63,550 nt of DNA, filler included, from Olpidium bornovanus S191 (GCA_017911155.1; 26 parts of 26 records of this genome joined end to end with filler, not necessarily neighbours in it), one strand, 5' to 3'; positions 12,295-24,049 are shown, numbered from the whole stretch's first letter. Numbers and translations are program-made. Notes: generated by a model not told the origin, from the sequence alone.

Positions 12295-14195
12295 CATGCC
12301 TCGGACAAGCCGGGGTAGACGCGCGAGGTTAGTATATCCGAGATGACAAAAACATTGGTGCCATACGTTCACGTCGGTCTCGGTTATCGTAGCATAAGGC
12401 CTACGCCGCACGGCCCCCCCCTCCTTTCTCTCCCTTTCCGCTCTGTACGTAAACACAAAAGAAATACAACGAACAAAAGGGAAAACAAAACAGGCAACGC
12501 CGGAACCGACACGCACCACCTCCAACTCGGTGGCAAGGGCAACAGCCGGCTGGTTATTGTTGTCGACATTGAACAAGCGACCGGTATGTAATTGGTAAAG
12601 ATTTATTATCGGTTCGAAAACCAGCCGCGATTAGCTCTCCCTGTTTAAACATCTGGAGGGTGCCATCAGGCTCGAGGATAACGCGCACCCCGTTAGCAGT
12701 CGCGCGTCCAAGCGCAAACAACGTATGTCGCAGCTGTGGTGCATATAGCGTCTGTCAAATCGAGTGTTGCTTCGGGGGCGTGAATCCGTACTGTACCGGA
12801 GCCCCGCGTCATCGATGGGCTAGTGCCGGTTGCTCCAAAGAGCGGCGTGCAGACCGAGCAGTCCAGTTCCGTGAATTTCTCGATACGTGGTGACATGTGC
12901 TCACTTGCGCACGTGTCGAGGTAAATAGGTGGCTTATAGTCGGAACCGTTAGCAGCAAGGGTTTGCGTATGCAGCGCATACGCCGCGTTTGCTTGTGCAG
13001 GCCGCAGCACGGGCGCAGGATATGCATTTGCATTCGCATTCGCATTTGCAGCATCCGCTGCTGGTCGCTGATTTCTTTCGCGCCCGCAATTGCCGTCGCC
13101 CTCCTCGTGACGATCTTCGCTGTTTTTACCGTCGGTCTTTTTCTTTGATCGACACTGATTCGCAAAATGACCCTTCTTTTTGCAGTTACGGCAGATAATA
13201 TCGGAAAATGAAATCAGCGTACCGTTTTTTGTGCGATACATGCCTTTCCTGTCCTTCTTGTTGTGGTTGCCGGCCTTGACTGCCGAGTAATGCGCTTGGC
13301 TTTCTAGTTAAGGCCAGGTGACATGTTTAGTGAGACGGGACGCAGCGTTCTGCGCATCCTGGATATTCTCGGGGGACCGTGGCAGGTACTCAAAACGCTC
13401 TTGCGTGGAAGCTGGGAGGCTGATAACGAACTGCGTGATGATCTGTTTGTCTGTCTCTTTGACGTCGGGAAGCTGCATATAAATGGTATCGAACGCACCT
13501 ATGTAAGCAATAACACTGTTAAACTTCGAGAAACTGATCTTAGCAAGTTTTCTTCGAAGTTCGCGTTCGTAATCGGGAGGGAAAAATCGTTTTCGTAAGG
13601 CGGATCGTAGTTGCGGCCAGGTCACCCGACGTTCACGGTCGCCGGGCATGTGTTTGTGAGAGTGTGTTGATTACAACTTGCGCATGTTTTTGCAGTCTCA
13701 GTGTCTCAGTGCGGAACGTTCGCGATTCATGGAGGTTGGACGGCTGCATGATTCATGGAGGTTGGACGGCTGCATGCGACCTTTGGGCTCATAACCCGAG
13801 GAAGATGAAGGCTCCGGAGACTCCTCGTGCAGTTCTGTGTTATTCTGTGCTCCTTTTTTTGTTTTTGTTCTTGGGGACGCCGGGCGGACTCTACAACGGC
13901 ATATTTTGCCCCCCCCCCCCCTCCCCCCAAAAAAACACCCTCCCCCCAAAAAAATCCCTTCAAGGAACTGACGACGTCTGAGTACAGGACAGGTTGCGTT
14001 GAACAAACGTCGAGCGGTGAGGATCTTGAAGGGAGAATGACGGCACTTCCTTCGTTCCGTTCGCTCGAGATTACCGATTCAAGTTTTGCGAACGCGACGA
14101 GTCCAGCCCAAACCAGTTCTCGTGCTGCCCTCCCTTTCCTTCTTCCTTCATTCTCGGAGATGTCCGAGGTGCGAACGTGTATCATAATCTGAACA
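12295..14195 (-). mobile_element. 5' half of a Ty1/copia LTR retrotransposon: LTR (approx.), PBS, gag, CCHC knuckle, protease, GAG-pre-integrase
   Basis: PBS GGTTATGAGCCC at 13796-13785; gag 13649-13308; CRNCKKKGHFANQC; protease YLDTCASEHM; WHQCFCHLGYTNL at about 12370; stops and frameshifts present. TGTT at 14195 is a tentative LTR start. Confidence 0.9.
13724..13775. repeat. 26-bp perfect tandem duplication in the retrotransposon leader
   Basis: GATTCATGGAGGTTGGACGGCTGCAT at 13724 and 13750. Confidence 0.95.
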
Positions 14196-14204
14196 AACTG
14201 CCGT

Positions 14205-14238
<34 letters not shown>

Positions 14239-15022
14239 TTTTATTTTGCTCACAGTTGACGCGTCTGGGCAGGTTCGGGGTTACAAACTCATCTTAGCCC
14301 CCTGAAAAAAAAGATTTTCGAGACCGTCGAGATCCACACTTTTGAGACCACGCGCTCAAACCAAAAGGGCGTATTTGCTTTTTTTTTCGCGCTTGCCGGT
14401 TCTTGTGTCCGCCGTTTCAAAAAGTTTCCGACTTCGGGGGGGTTTTCTTCAAGATGTACCGAGGGACCGAGCCGCTAACGCCGCGCGGTAAAAAAAACAA
14501 CCTCTCGGCCGCTCTGAGGACCCGCGTTTTTCGGACCGGCCAGCGCGACGCGCGGGGTTTTGGCGTGGGACGCAGCCAAGCCCGGATTAGAATATCTCGG
14601 CTTTCGGAGCAAAAGCCCGAAACATGNNNNNNNNNNNNNNNNNNNNNNNNNNNNNNNNNNNNNNNNNNNNTTAATTAATTAANNNNNNNNNNNNNNNNNN
14701 NNNNNNNNNNNNNNNNNNNNNNNNNNCATGGCCTGCCGGCACGAGGGAAATGGTGGTGGCGGGAGGGGGGCATCCCGAAAAATCAGCTTCAAATTAGAAT
14801 AAAAGATTTTGGCCGTCGACGCCCCCGAATAAAAAGAAAAAAGAAACGTGCAGTGGGAACTCCCGCGAAGTTGGGAGGAGGATGTAGTCGCGCCGTTAGT
14901 GAGGCGCAGGAGGAGTGGGAGTGACCGAGTCTCTTGCCGACAAAACCGGGCCTACTCGAGCGAACGCCCCCCCACCCGGGGGGGGGGCCTCCCGCCGTCA
15001 AAAAGCAAGCAAACAAAGACTT

Positions 15023-16697
15023 TCAGCACACCCATTTCGCGTCCGCCTTCAGCCGGAAGTGTCCTCTCGTTTCCGTCTTCCGCGGCCAGTAGCATCCGGG
15101 CCCCGGCAGCGAGACGTCGAACGGCAGCTTGAGCCGCGGGCTCGTCGACTTGAAAACGGACCGGAACGATTCCGGGCTGTGCGGCAGAACCCGGCCGGAC
15201 GCGGCTTGCCCCTCGTAGTAGCCCGCTTTTTTTTTTTTTTTTTTTTTTTTTTTTGAAAAACAAAAAAAAAGAAAAAACAGAAGAAAAAAAAGGCAACGGG
15301 ATGAACGGGGGAGTTTTAGGAGGCCGCGCGGGACAAAGCGTTCTTTTCTTTTTCTTCTCTTTTTAAAAAAACAGACACTTACGCCCCGGTAACGGTTTGC
15401 GCGGCCGCGGCAGCGGGGGTTTCAGGGCGATGCTTCCCACGACGCGCCTGCAGCCCGGGACGCTTTTGTTTTTTTTGTTTTTTTTTTTCCCCGCGACGCG
15501 CGCGAGGCGACGGGTTTGGTCGAGGTTTATCAAGAAAATAAACAATAAGTGTCACTGTAAAACATCCCCTAAATAATTTTAGTCGGTAGGTGTGAGGGAG
15601 GGGGGAAGGAAGGTGGTGTGGGGGGAAGAGGTGGTAATTTGAAACCGGGAAAACAAATAAACGACAAAAAAAAAAAAAAAAAAAAAAGAAAAAAAGGCAA
15701 CAACCGGGAAAACGGCAGAAGTGAGGGGGTGGGGGGAAAGAGCGGGGAAGATTCGCAACCCGACCCCGAGCCCCTCCCCCTGTTGTCCCCTCTCTCTCCC
15801 AGTTTTTTTTTTTAGTTTTTCTTTTACCTTGCCGGTTTCTCGCGCGCGTCGGGGCGCCCGACGTCGTACGAGCCGGGACCCGGCTCGTCGGTCCTGTTTT
15901 TCGGCACGAAGTCGGGCCGTTTCGACGTCTTGAACGCCGCCGAAGACGCTTTGGCGGGCAAAGGGTGCGTCGACACGAAGTCGTAGTTGACGTCGTAATG
16001 GCCTGTTTATTTTTTTTAATTTTTTTGGTTAATTCCCCGCCCCACCCCACCCGCAGGGTCAAAATCGATCCTCGGGCGGATCTCGCAGCAAAACAAAGCC
16101 AAAAACTAAAAAAAAATACCTGGCGCCGGCGCGTCACGCCCGGGCACATCCCCTGGCGCGGGCGCGCGGGCCGCTCTCGACTTGAAATTGACCGAGCTGC
16201 ACGGGTGCTTTGGTAGCCGGTAGACGAACGTCTGTGTTCGCGCGCCCGGAGCGCACACGGGGGATCACGTCCCCCCAACCCCCGGCCCCGTCCAAGGCGC
16301 TGGTTAAGCCTTGATCGGGCAGAGTCCACGAGAGGCCGTGTCAAGAAGGAGGGTGGTCGCGTGCGGCCTTGGGGGGGAGGAGATGGGCGGGTGGGTGGGA
16401 CATCAAAGAAACGCACGTCGTAGTCGCCCGGTCCCGGAAAGCCGGTCTTTTGCACGGGGCACGTCACGGGCTGGCAGAAAGCGCTGGTCGGGTTCGTCGC
16501 CAGGCTGCGGCTGTACTCCACTTCCTTCGTGAGGTCGTACTGCCCCGGCCCGATTTTCGTAGGAACCACGTCGGTCGGGATCTTGTTCCTGTACGTGGTC
16601 TGGCGTTGTTTTTTTTTTAAAAAATAGTTAGCCCCACCCACCGAGCGGCAAAGCGGGATCGTCAACGCCGGCCGACCCTCGCGCGGCTCTGTCTGAT
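15023..16697 (-). CDS. SHIPPO-repeat (sperm-tail PG-rich, STPG/ODF3-like) protein, multi-exon, 5'-partial
   Basis: Six spliced repeats: IGPGQYD, PGPGDYD, PAPGHYD, PGPGSYD, PGPGYYE, PGPGCYW, several preceded by FKS/TxxR motifs (FKTSKR, FKSTSPR, FKSRAAR). Confidence 0.85.
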
Positions 16698-16882
16698 CGA
16701 AGGGCCGCTGCGCAGGAAAGTGAGCGGAATGGGGGGGGGGAGGGGGGAGGGGGGGGGGGGGCGGGGGGCGGCGGGCGCGGCGNNNNNNNNNNNNNNNNNN
16801 NNNNNNNNNNNNNNNNNNNNNNNNNNTTAATTAATTAANNNNNNNNNNNNNNNNNNNNNNNNNNNNNNNNNNNNNNNNNNNN

Positions 16883-17161
16883 GCATGAAAGCGCCACACA
16901 GTCCCGGCGGCTGCTCCCCCAAGATACGATGGCGTTCCCCAGGCGAATCACATAGCCGGTGGTGCTTTTTTCTGGTGGCAGGAGCCCCAACCCAGTCGGA
17001 GTCGCAGAAGCAGTTGAGTCAAGCATCAGCTCCAAGGGGAAAATGGAAACGAAACAACCAAGAACAAAAATTCGCAACCCAGTCGGAGTCGCAGAAGCAG
17101 TTGAGTCAAGCACCAGCTCCAAGGGGAAAATGGAAACGAAACAACCAAGAACAAAAATTCG
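16883..17161 (-). pseudogene. Ty1/copia RNase H remnant
   Basis: LNCFCDSDWVGAPATRK / STTGYVIRLGNAIVSWGSSRRDCVALS with a +1 frameshift in an A run. Confidence 0.88.
16989..17161. repeat. 87-bp tandem duplication inside the copia RNase H remnant
   Basis: AACCCAGTCGGAGTCGCAG...AAAATTCG starts at 16989 and 17076, nearly identical. Confidence 0.95.
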
Positions 17162-18489
17162 GCGGTGCTTCCCGTTCGAGCGGGGTTTTCAGGATCGGTT
17201 TTCTTGGAAAGTACATGGGCCGGCGGCTCTCGGCGCCTCGTTATTTTTTTTTTTTTTTTTTTGTTTTTTTTTTTTTTTTTTTTTTTTTGCCCGCCGTCGA
17301 CCGGCAAACGCGGGCGGCATCGATCCTCGAGATTGTGCAGATGCGAGTTGGCGCACCCCGGCAGCAGGGCAGGGTGAACCCGGGCAAGCACCGCGGAGAC
17401 AAAACCAGTCGAGTTCGCAAAAAGATGCTAATTTCTCCTGCGGGCGGGATATGACTTGATCTGCCGTGGGGTGGTGCAGAATTTTTTTTTTCTTCCGAAT
17501 CTGCACACACACCCCACCCCCCCCTGTTGAACCACAAAAGCGGCTATAAAACTACTACCAAAGATTCCTTTGATTACTGATCCTGATTAACCACCACGCG
17601 AACTGATAAAAATACTTCTACTCCCTCACCCAGCTGGGTTTCGACGAACCCGGTACCACTGCACTCGCTTTTGCGAGCGTATGTAATGGCGCCCCGCGCG
17701 CGGGGCGCCCAAAATTTTGAGCCGGCATTGTCAACCGTAATGCAGAGAAGATCTTTTGTCGGCCGGTTTGGTGCGGCTGGATCTTGAGCGACGTCCGAGA
17801 AGAGATGGGCCGCGGCGGCGAAATTTCGGCCGATGCGTGATCCCTCGACGCGACGCGGCAAGCGAGACCAAGGCGAGGCGGATCCTCCACCCGGTTTGAC
17901 GGCGACGCCAAAAAGCCGACGTCGTCGGAAGATGCCCACGGGCCGCAGGGCGAGGCGGTGCAAAAGACCGCGCGAGCTGGCGCCGGGGGGGGGGGGGAAG
18001 GGGGGTTGTGGTTTTTTTTTTTTTTTTTGTTTTTGTTTTTTTTGTTTTTGTTTTTTTGTTTTTGTTTTTTGTTTTTGTTTTTGTTTTTGTTTTAATTTTA
18101 GTTTTTCACGCATTAATATTGCTTCCATCTATTATTGCAGTTAGTACATGTAATAAATGTAGTCANNNNNNNNNNNNNNNNNNNNNNNNNNNNNNNNNNN
18201 NNNNNNNNNTTAATTAATTAANNNNNNNNNNNNNNNNNNNNNNNNNNNNNNNNNNNNNNNNNNNNAGTCAAGAACAACCTGGGGGGACTCAGCACAACTG
18301 CCTGAAAAAGCCAACAGCCGAAGCATTATCCGCAGTTGCATTTATGAGAACGGCAGCCCGCACGCGGATTGTGGTGTTAGAGCATGATATTTTACGTTGC
18401 AAGCTAGATCTATCACGGATGCTTACTTGTTTGCGCGAAAAGGGGAATAAGGCTCCAAGTCAGTTACCAGAAACGGTTCGGCCTAACGG

Positions 18490-19580
18490 CTAGAGCCGCG
18501 AAATCCAAACACGCTGGCTGGCCACACGCACTTCAACCATGGCGTCCCCGGCATTCTTGGTCTTCTTGCTGCGGTCTTTCCGAGCAAGAATGCTCTTCCG
18601 GTCCTTGTCAAGCTTGAGTTTCGTGATGACACAGTTGGAGGGGTGGATGCCAACCGGGACGGCCGCGCCTAATTGAAAAAAAAACCAGCGGCGCGGTTGA
18701 TCGCGATGTCGCGAAAACGCCGCGAAGAACTTCCACAAAAGAAAGGTAGCGAGCGTGCCAAAAGCACGGCGAAATATTTACCGTTGACCTTCTCGCGAGT
18801 GAGGCGGTCTATGTGGACGACCCACTTCTTGCGGTACACCTGGACGACACGTCCCTCCCGCCCTTTCGAAGAGCCTCGGACAACGAGGATCTCATCGTCT
18901 TTACGGATAGGCATGGAGCGGACGTTATACTTGGACCGAAGCTCCTTCGAGAGGGCGGTGCTCATGATTTTGCGCCGCAGGCCGGAGGGGGCAGAGAAAT
19001 GAGCCTTGCGGCTCTTGCGGCGAGAGGAGCTGACGTCTGCATGGGAAATCATTTGAGGTTTGAGCGGAACGACAGGCAGAAAGTCAGACGGCGAACGAGC
19101 CGTCGCCTTTGCCGCTCTTTTGCAGGGTTTCGGGCTCGACGGCCCCGCTTCGCGCGCGGCCCTCCGTTAGCCGCCCAAGATCCTGTTCGTCACGTCAGCG
19201 CCCCGCCGGGGGTCCCTTGCCACCAAGCAAACCGGGCCGAGCGCGACCGCGGGCCCTTCTTGCGCAGGGCGGTTTCCCGGGTCTGGAAACGCTCGGACCT
19301 ACCTCCCCCAGCAACCGAACCGAACCTCCCCCAGCATGCGGCCAAGCGCTCCCGCGGTAGGCAGCAGGCCCCGCAAGTGCGCTTTTTCGTTGTCTGCGTT
19401 CCCGGAAGGGCGGGGCCATCCGTGCGGTCACCGGGTTGGGAGGGGCCGGAATTGCCGTCTCCCCGAGAGCACCGCCGCGTCGTCCGCCGTTCGACGGCGC
19501 GGGTTTACAGTGGGCGGGCGGGCGGGCCGAGCGGGGCTGGGCCAGGCGGTCGAGAGAAACGTACCGGAGGACCGCTTCAT
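18490..19580 (-). CDS. RPL26: 60S ribosomal protein L26 (uL24); exons 19580-19565, 19036-18782, 18668 onward (3' end uncertain)
   Basis: MKRSS|[18 protein letters not shown]...[34 protein letters not shown]...EKVNG|[24 protein letters not shown]. Confidence 0.98.
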
Positions 19581-21161
19581 GGCCGGCGCCGAGTGTTCTC
19601 GTTGTTATTTTTCGGCTTTGTTTTGTATATACTGCGGACGGCGAACGGTTTCTCGTTTGGCACAAGCGTGATATTGCTGTTCAGCCGCTCGTTCCTTCCC
19701 CCCCCGCCCCGGTCCCCCTCTCCCCTGCCCATTCCTTTCGAAAAATTCGCCGGCCGGACGGGTTTTGCCCCTCCGCGGAGGCGACGGAGAAAACCACCGC
19801 TTCTTCCCACCACACCCCGCCTTGGAGGCTCGGGAGCGCGGGTTGACGGCGGTAACGGCGGCTCAATTGTGCTGCGTCCTCGCTCCCTCATATAGCTGCG
19901 AATGCCCCAAGATAACGTGAATCCAAGGAATCTGGTCCGGTTCTGGTTCGAGCTCCTGCTGCTTCTCCAGCTCCAGGTCCGGCTCTGTGAAGATCGCCAG
20001 TATGCAAAGTTCGGCTCTGGCTCCCGTCGCCGGATCCACGAATCTGAATTAGCGAATCCTGCGAATTTGCGAAACCCGGGAACCTGGCAATCCAGGCCAC
20101 CGACAAAGAAAAAAAGAAAAAAAAAAAAAAAAAAGAAAAGACAAAAAAAAAAGAAAAAACAAAAAAATGAAAAAACAAAAAAAACGGAAAAGAAAAGAAA
20201 AAAAGAAAAAAAAACAAAAAAAGGAGGGAAAAAAGGAGAAAAAAAGGAGAAAAAAAGGAGAAAAAAAAGAAGAAAAAAAAGGAAAAAAAAAAAAAAAGAA
20301 AAGAAAAGGGCGCCGAAGGCCGCCGCAATCGTGAGTTTGCGAAACGCGCAAATTTGCGATTCCGGCTAAACTGTAAATCCCGCAATCTCTCAAATCTGCC
20401 GGTCCCGAAACTCTGCGAAATTCCGCGAATCTGCTTATAGAAAAAATAATCATGTAATCATTTTCGCAAATCGCCGGAACCAGGGGGTCGGCTGGCGGCC
20501 TCGACGAAATCGACGCGGCCTCCCGGGACCGCGGGGGCCGGGCCACGTCCGTTTGTTTCCAGCTGCGTCGCCGCGTGGCCCGCAAAAACGGCCCAAAGGA
20601 GCGCACGGTGCGCCCATGGCCGGTACGGCGCGGCGGCGGCGGGCAGCCCGCCCCCTGCACTCCGCAGGGGTGTGGCGTTAACGCCGTTCGGCCGCGTCGA
20701 GCGTTCAGGTTCCGGTTCCACTCGGCGGGCCCGCAGTCGCGAAGCACGAAGCCGGCGGAAGCCGAACCGAACTGCGAACGGGAGCCGGAAATCTGGATTC
20801 TCCCGTCGTCCCCCTTTCCCCCTTCCCCCCCTTCCCCCCCACCGCGTCTTTTCTGTTCAATCGGCGGGAAGTGGGGAACGGGAGGGAGGGAGTGCAGCAC
20901 ACGGACCGGGAGTAGTGCACGAGCGACGGTTGTCACCACTTTGAAGAGGAAAGTTGTGCTGTTGTTCTTGTTTGTTGGCGGTGGGAGGGAAGATTGGGCC
21001 GCGGCGCCCGGGCCGCGTCGGTCGCAACGCAAAGCGCGCGCGTTGTTGTTGCGCGTTGCGCGCGCGCGCGCGCGCGTGTGTGTGTGTGTTCGGGGGGGGG
21101 GGGGGGTGGGGGGGAAATTGCGGGAGGGGAGGGGGGGAATTTAGGGCCAGCCCCTCCTTCC

Positions 21162-21268
<107 letters not shown>

Positions 21269-21496
21269 NNNNNNNNNNNNNNNNNNNNNNNNNNNNNNNN
21301 NNNNNNNNNNNNTTAATTAATTAANNNNNNNNNNNNNNNNNNNNNNNNNNNNNNNNNNNNNNNNNNNNCTGCGAACGCGCGCACGGCGATCTCCGGACGA
21401 TCCGAGAGGTCCCCGCGCCTTCCCCTGCTTTCAAATACTCTCGTCCGGATCGTTTTCAACGGACACTCGGCTGGGCTTTTTGCGGCGTCCGAACTC

Positions 21497-23165
21497 GTGT
21501 CGAGAAGCGCCCGGCGTCTGGGCCTCCTGAAGCTCCCGACCGCAAATCGGAGGGCGAAGCAGCAGCAGCAGCAGCAGCAGCGGCGGCGTCGGCGGCCGGA
21601 GCAGATCACCGCCGTGCAGGTCTGGGGGCCCCCCGGGCAGCGGAGCTCGGTCGGAGACGCCCGCATCGCCGCGAAGCCCGACTGCGCGGACTGCGTCTAC
21701 TGTCTGTGCGCGATGTTTGTCCAGACAATGTACGCCCACTACTGCAGCGGGCGGATGGAAAAGGACAAGTGGTTCGAGTTCAACTCCGCCCGGAAGCTGC
21801 TCCCCAAGGCCGGCCAGCTGGCCGCCGAACTGGAGCAGTTGAGGGAGAAGAGGCGGGCGCTTCCGGCGGAAGCCGCGGTCGCGGCGGCCACGGCCGCCTT
21901 CGCCGGCCCCCTGCCGCTGCACCTCCGCGCGGAACTCCGGCAGGCGTGGGTTACCGTGCTCAGGGACTCGACCGCGCCGGTTTCTCCGGGTTTCGACCTG
22001 GCGGACTACGCGCGGCCGCCGCCGGAGGCGGCCGGGGAAGCGGCGGTTCTCGGCGGCTCGTCGGCGGCGGCGGCGGCGGCGGTCGAGGACCGCGTCGTGC
22101 TGAGGTACTCGGAGCTTCCGTGCCTCGTTGTCGACCCCGACAACAACGCCCCGCGGCTTCTGGTGCCGGGTGCGCGTTATTCCGAGATTTCCCTGAAGGC
22201 GGCGAGCGAGGACCTCATCGCGCACGCCTGCAGGACAGCCGCGGAGGGCCCGGGCGTCGTCGTGTTCCAGAACGTGAACGACCCGGGGAAAAATCTCCGG
22301 CGCCTGTACGACGCGCTGCTGAAGCGCCCGAGCGGTCGCATTCTGCTCCGAACGGAAGAACCGCTCAAGGATAACCTCGGCGACGCGACGTCGCAGATAA
22401 ATCTGACAATGAACGACGAAATCCTCGCCGGAAGACTGAACGATCTCATCCTGGACACGGAACGCCCGAGCTTTCACGTTGACCTGGAGACCAAAGGTAT
22501 TCCCTTCTCCACCCTTCCCCCTCCCCCCTTCTCCTCCACACCACCCGCCCATCGGGAAAAGGGCGGGGCATTTCCCTCCGTTAAAAGCTAATTCGGTTCG
22601 TGACCGCGAAGCCCTCGCGCTCAGGAACGACGCGGCGGCGATATCTGACGAAGAGACTACCCTGCTGCAGAAGGCCGTTGGCGGCGGCCGGGACTTGTTC
22701 GGCAACCACGGCCTGGTGCTCGATTTCGTGGCGCACGAGTCCAGGGCGGCGGCGTTCGAGGCGTCGGAAAAGCAGCTCGCGGAGCTCCGCGAGACCTTTT
22801 CGCCGCGGTACTACCCTTACACCCAGCTCGTGAGCCTCGCCGCCAACCTGTACAAGGTCGCGGCGTTCGCCAGGTCCATCCACCCCCTGTACGACTTCTC
22901 GTTCGACCATTTCCTCGGCCTGGTCGGGACGGCCCTGCGGGCGCACCAGGACGCGCTCCCGCCCGACCGGCACCTCAGCGCAGTGGCGAAGACGCTGGTG
23001 AAAGTATTCGCCCGGTCGGTCTGCCGGAGCGTCCGGAACCGCGACCAGCTGCAAGTCTGCTTCTTGATCTGCGTGATCTTTCAGCTCTACGCGGAACTCA
23101 TCAGCGAAGACGAATTGATGGAGCTGCTGCAGTTGGCCAGCAGGCAGCCAGCACATGCCTGCCTG
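21497..23165 (+). CDS. Highly divergent dynein heavy chain-like fragment (stalk return, AAA5, strut, start of AAA6)
   Basis: AATAAFAGPLP..LR..W, LPCLVVDPD, VVFQNV, QINLTMN..ILAGRLNDLILDTERP, (intron 22498-22611) EETTLLQ, YYPYTQLVSLAANLY, LYDFSFDHFL, VCRSVRNRDQL align by eye with the dynein AAA5-AAA6 consensus. Confidence 0.72.
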
Positions 23166-23375
23166 GTACGAACAAATCCTCCCCCCACCACTACGGCGCG
23201 GAAGATTCTGATTTTTTTTTTTTATTTTGGTTGTTGTTTTTTTTCCAACATCAAAACTGCTCTAGGTTTTGGACNNNNNNNNNNNNNNNNNNNNNNNNNN
23301 NNNNNNNNNNNNNNNNNNTTAATTAATTAANNNNNNNNNNNNNNNNNNNNNNNNNNNNNNNNNNNNNNNNNNNNC

Positions 23376-24049
23376 ATGGACGGCGGTCAGTTGGACGGGA
23401 ATTTCCTTGCCGTCAAGTTAGTTCGACCGCCTCCCGCAAGGAGGAGCCTTCCTTCGCCTTCAAGAAAAGGTGCGCAGTGCGTTCATCACGCGCTTTTGCC
23501 GGTGTTGGTTGCGATGTGGACATCATTGTTAAATATTCTGGCATCTTTCAAGATCCGCGCGATTATGGAGTTCCAAGCCGCAGGTTCCCGCTGCCTCCTT
23601 TCCGCCAGGGCCGCAGGTACAGCCCCCCGCCGCCGCGGGGCGCCGGCGGCCGCAGGTACGGACGATCTCGCTCGATGTCGCGGTCGATTTCCCCCCCGGC
23701 TCGCGGCCGGCAACGCACGCGTTCGCCCCTGCCCCGCCGCGGGCATCGCCACCCGTCGTATGATTCCCGGAGCTCGTCATACGACTCGCGCAGCCGCAGC
23801 AGGAGCTTTTCGCCGCGGAGCAGGAGCCGTAGCCTGGGCCGATCTCGAAGCCCGAGTCTAAACAGGAGCAAAGTCGTCGGTCGGCGCAGGGCCAGCATCA
23901 GCGCCTCTCCTCCTCCCCGGAGGGGCTCATATGTGGCACGGCGCAGCCCACCGAGGAGATCTTCCAACGGAAGGAGGTCACCTGCGGGAAGAAGGTCTCC
24001 GGTCGGAAGGAGGTCGCCGATGGGGAGGAGATCGCCGATGAGGCGATGA
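23376..24049 (+). CDS. RNPS1-like RRM/RS splicing factor, C-terminal part
   Basis: End of RRM MDGGQLDGNFLAVKLV (RNPS1-type MDGGQIDG), one intron, then RS/RSP-rich tail. Confidence 0.65.

Noticed and set aside
17741-17755. GCAGAGAAGAT resembling the U6 snRNA ACAGAGA box
   Set aside because: Flanks do not match U6; chance similarity.
17574-18128. ORFs on contig 7 and at 50442-50752
   Set aside because: Built partly from homopolymer tracts, with no recognisable motif; cannot be supported as genes.
19037-19564. Possible intronic snoRNA in the long RPL26 intron
   Set aside because: No C box (RTGATGA) with matching D box or H/ACA structure seen.
21431-22705. Long antisense and alternative-frame ORFs over GC-rich genes (also 1907-2545, 8403-9149, 43013-44264, 59464-60709)
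   Set aside because: Expected shadows of high-GC coding or low-complexity sequence; no independent protein features.
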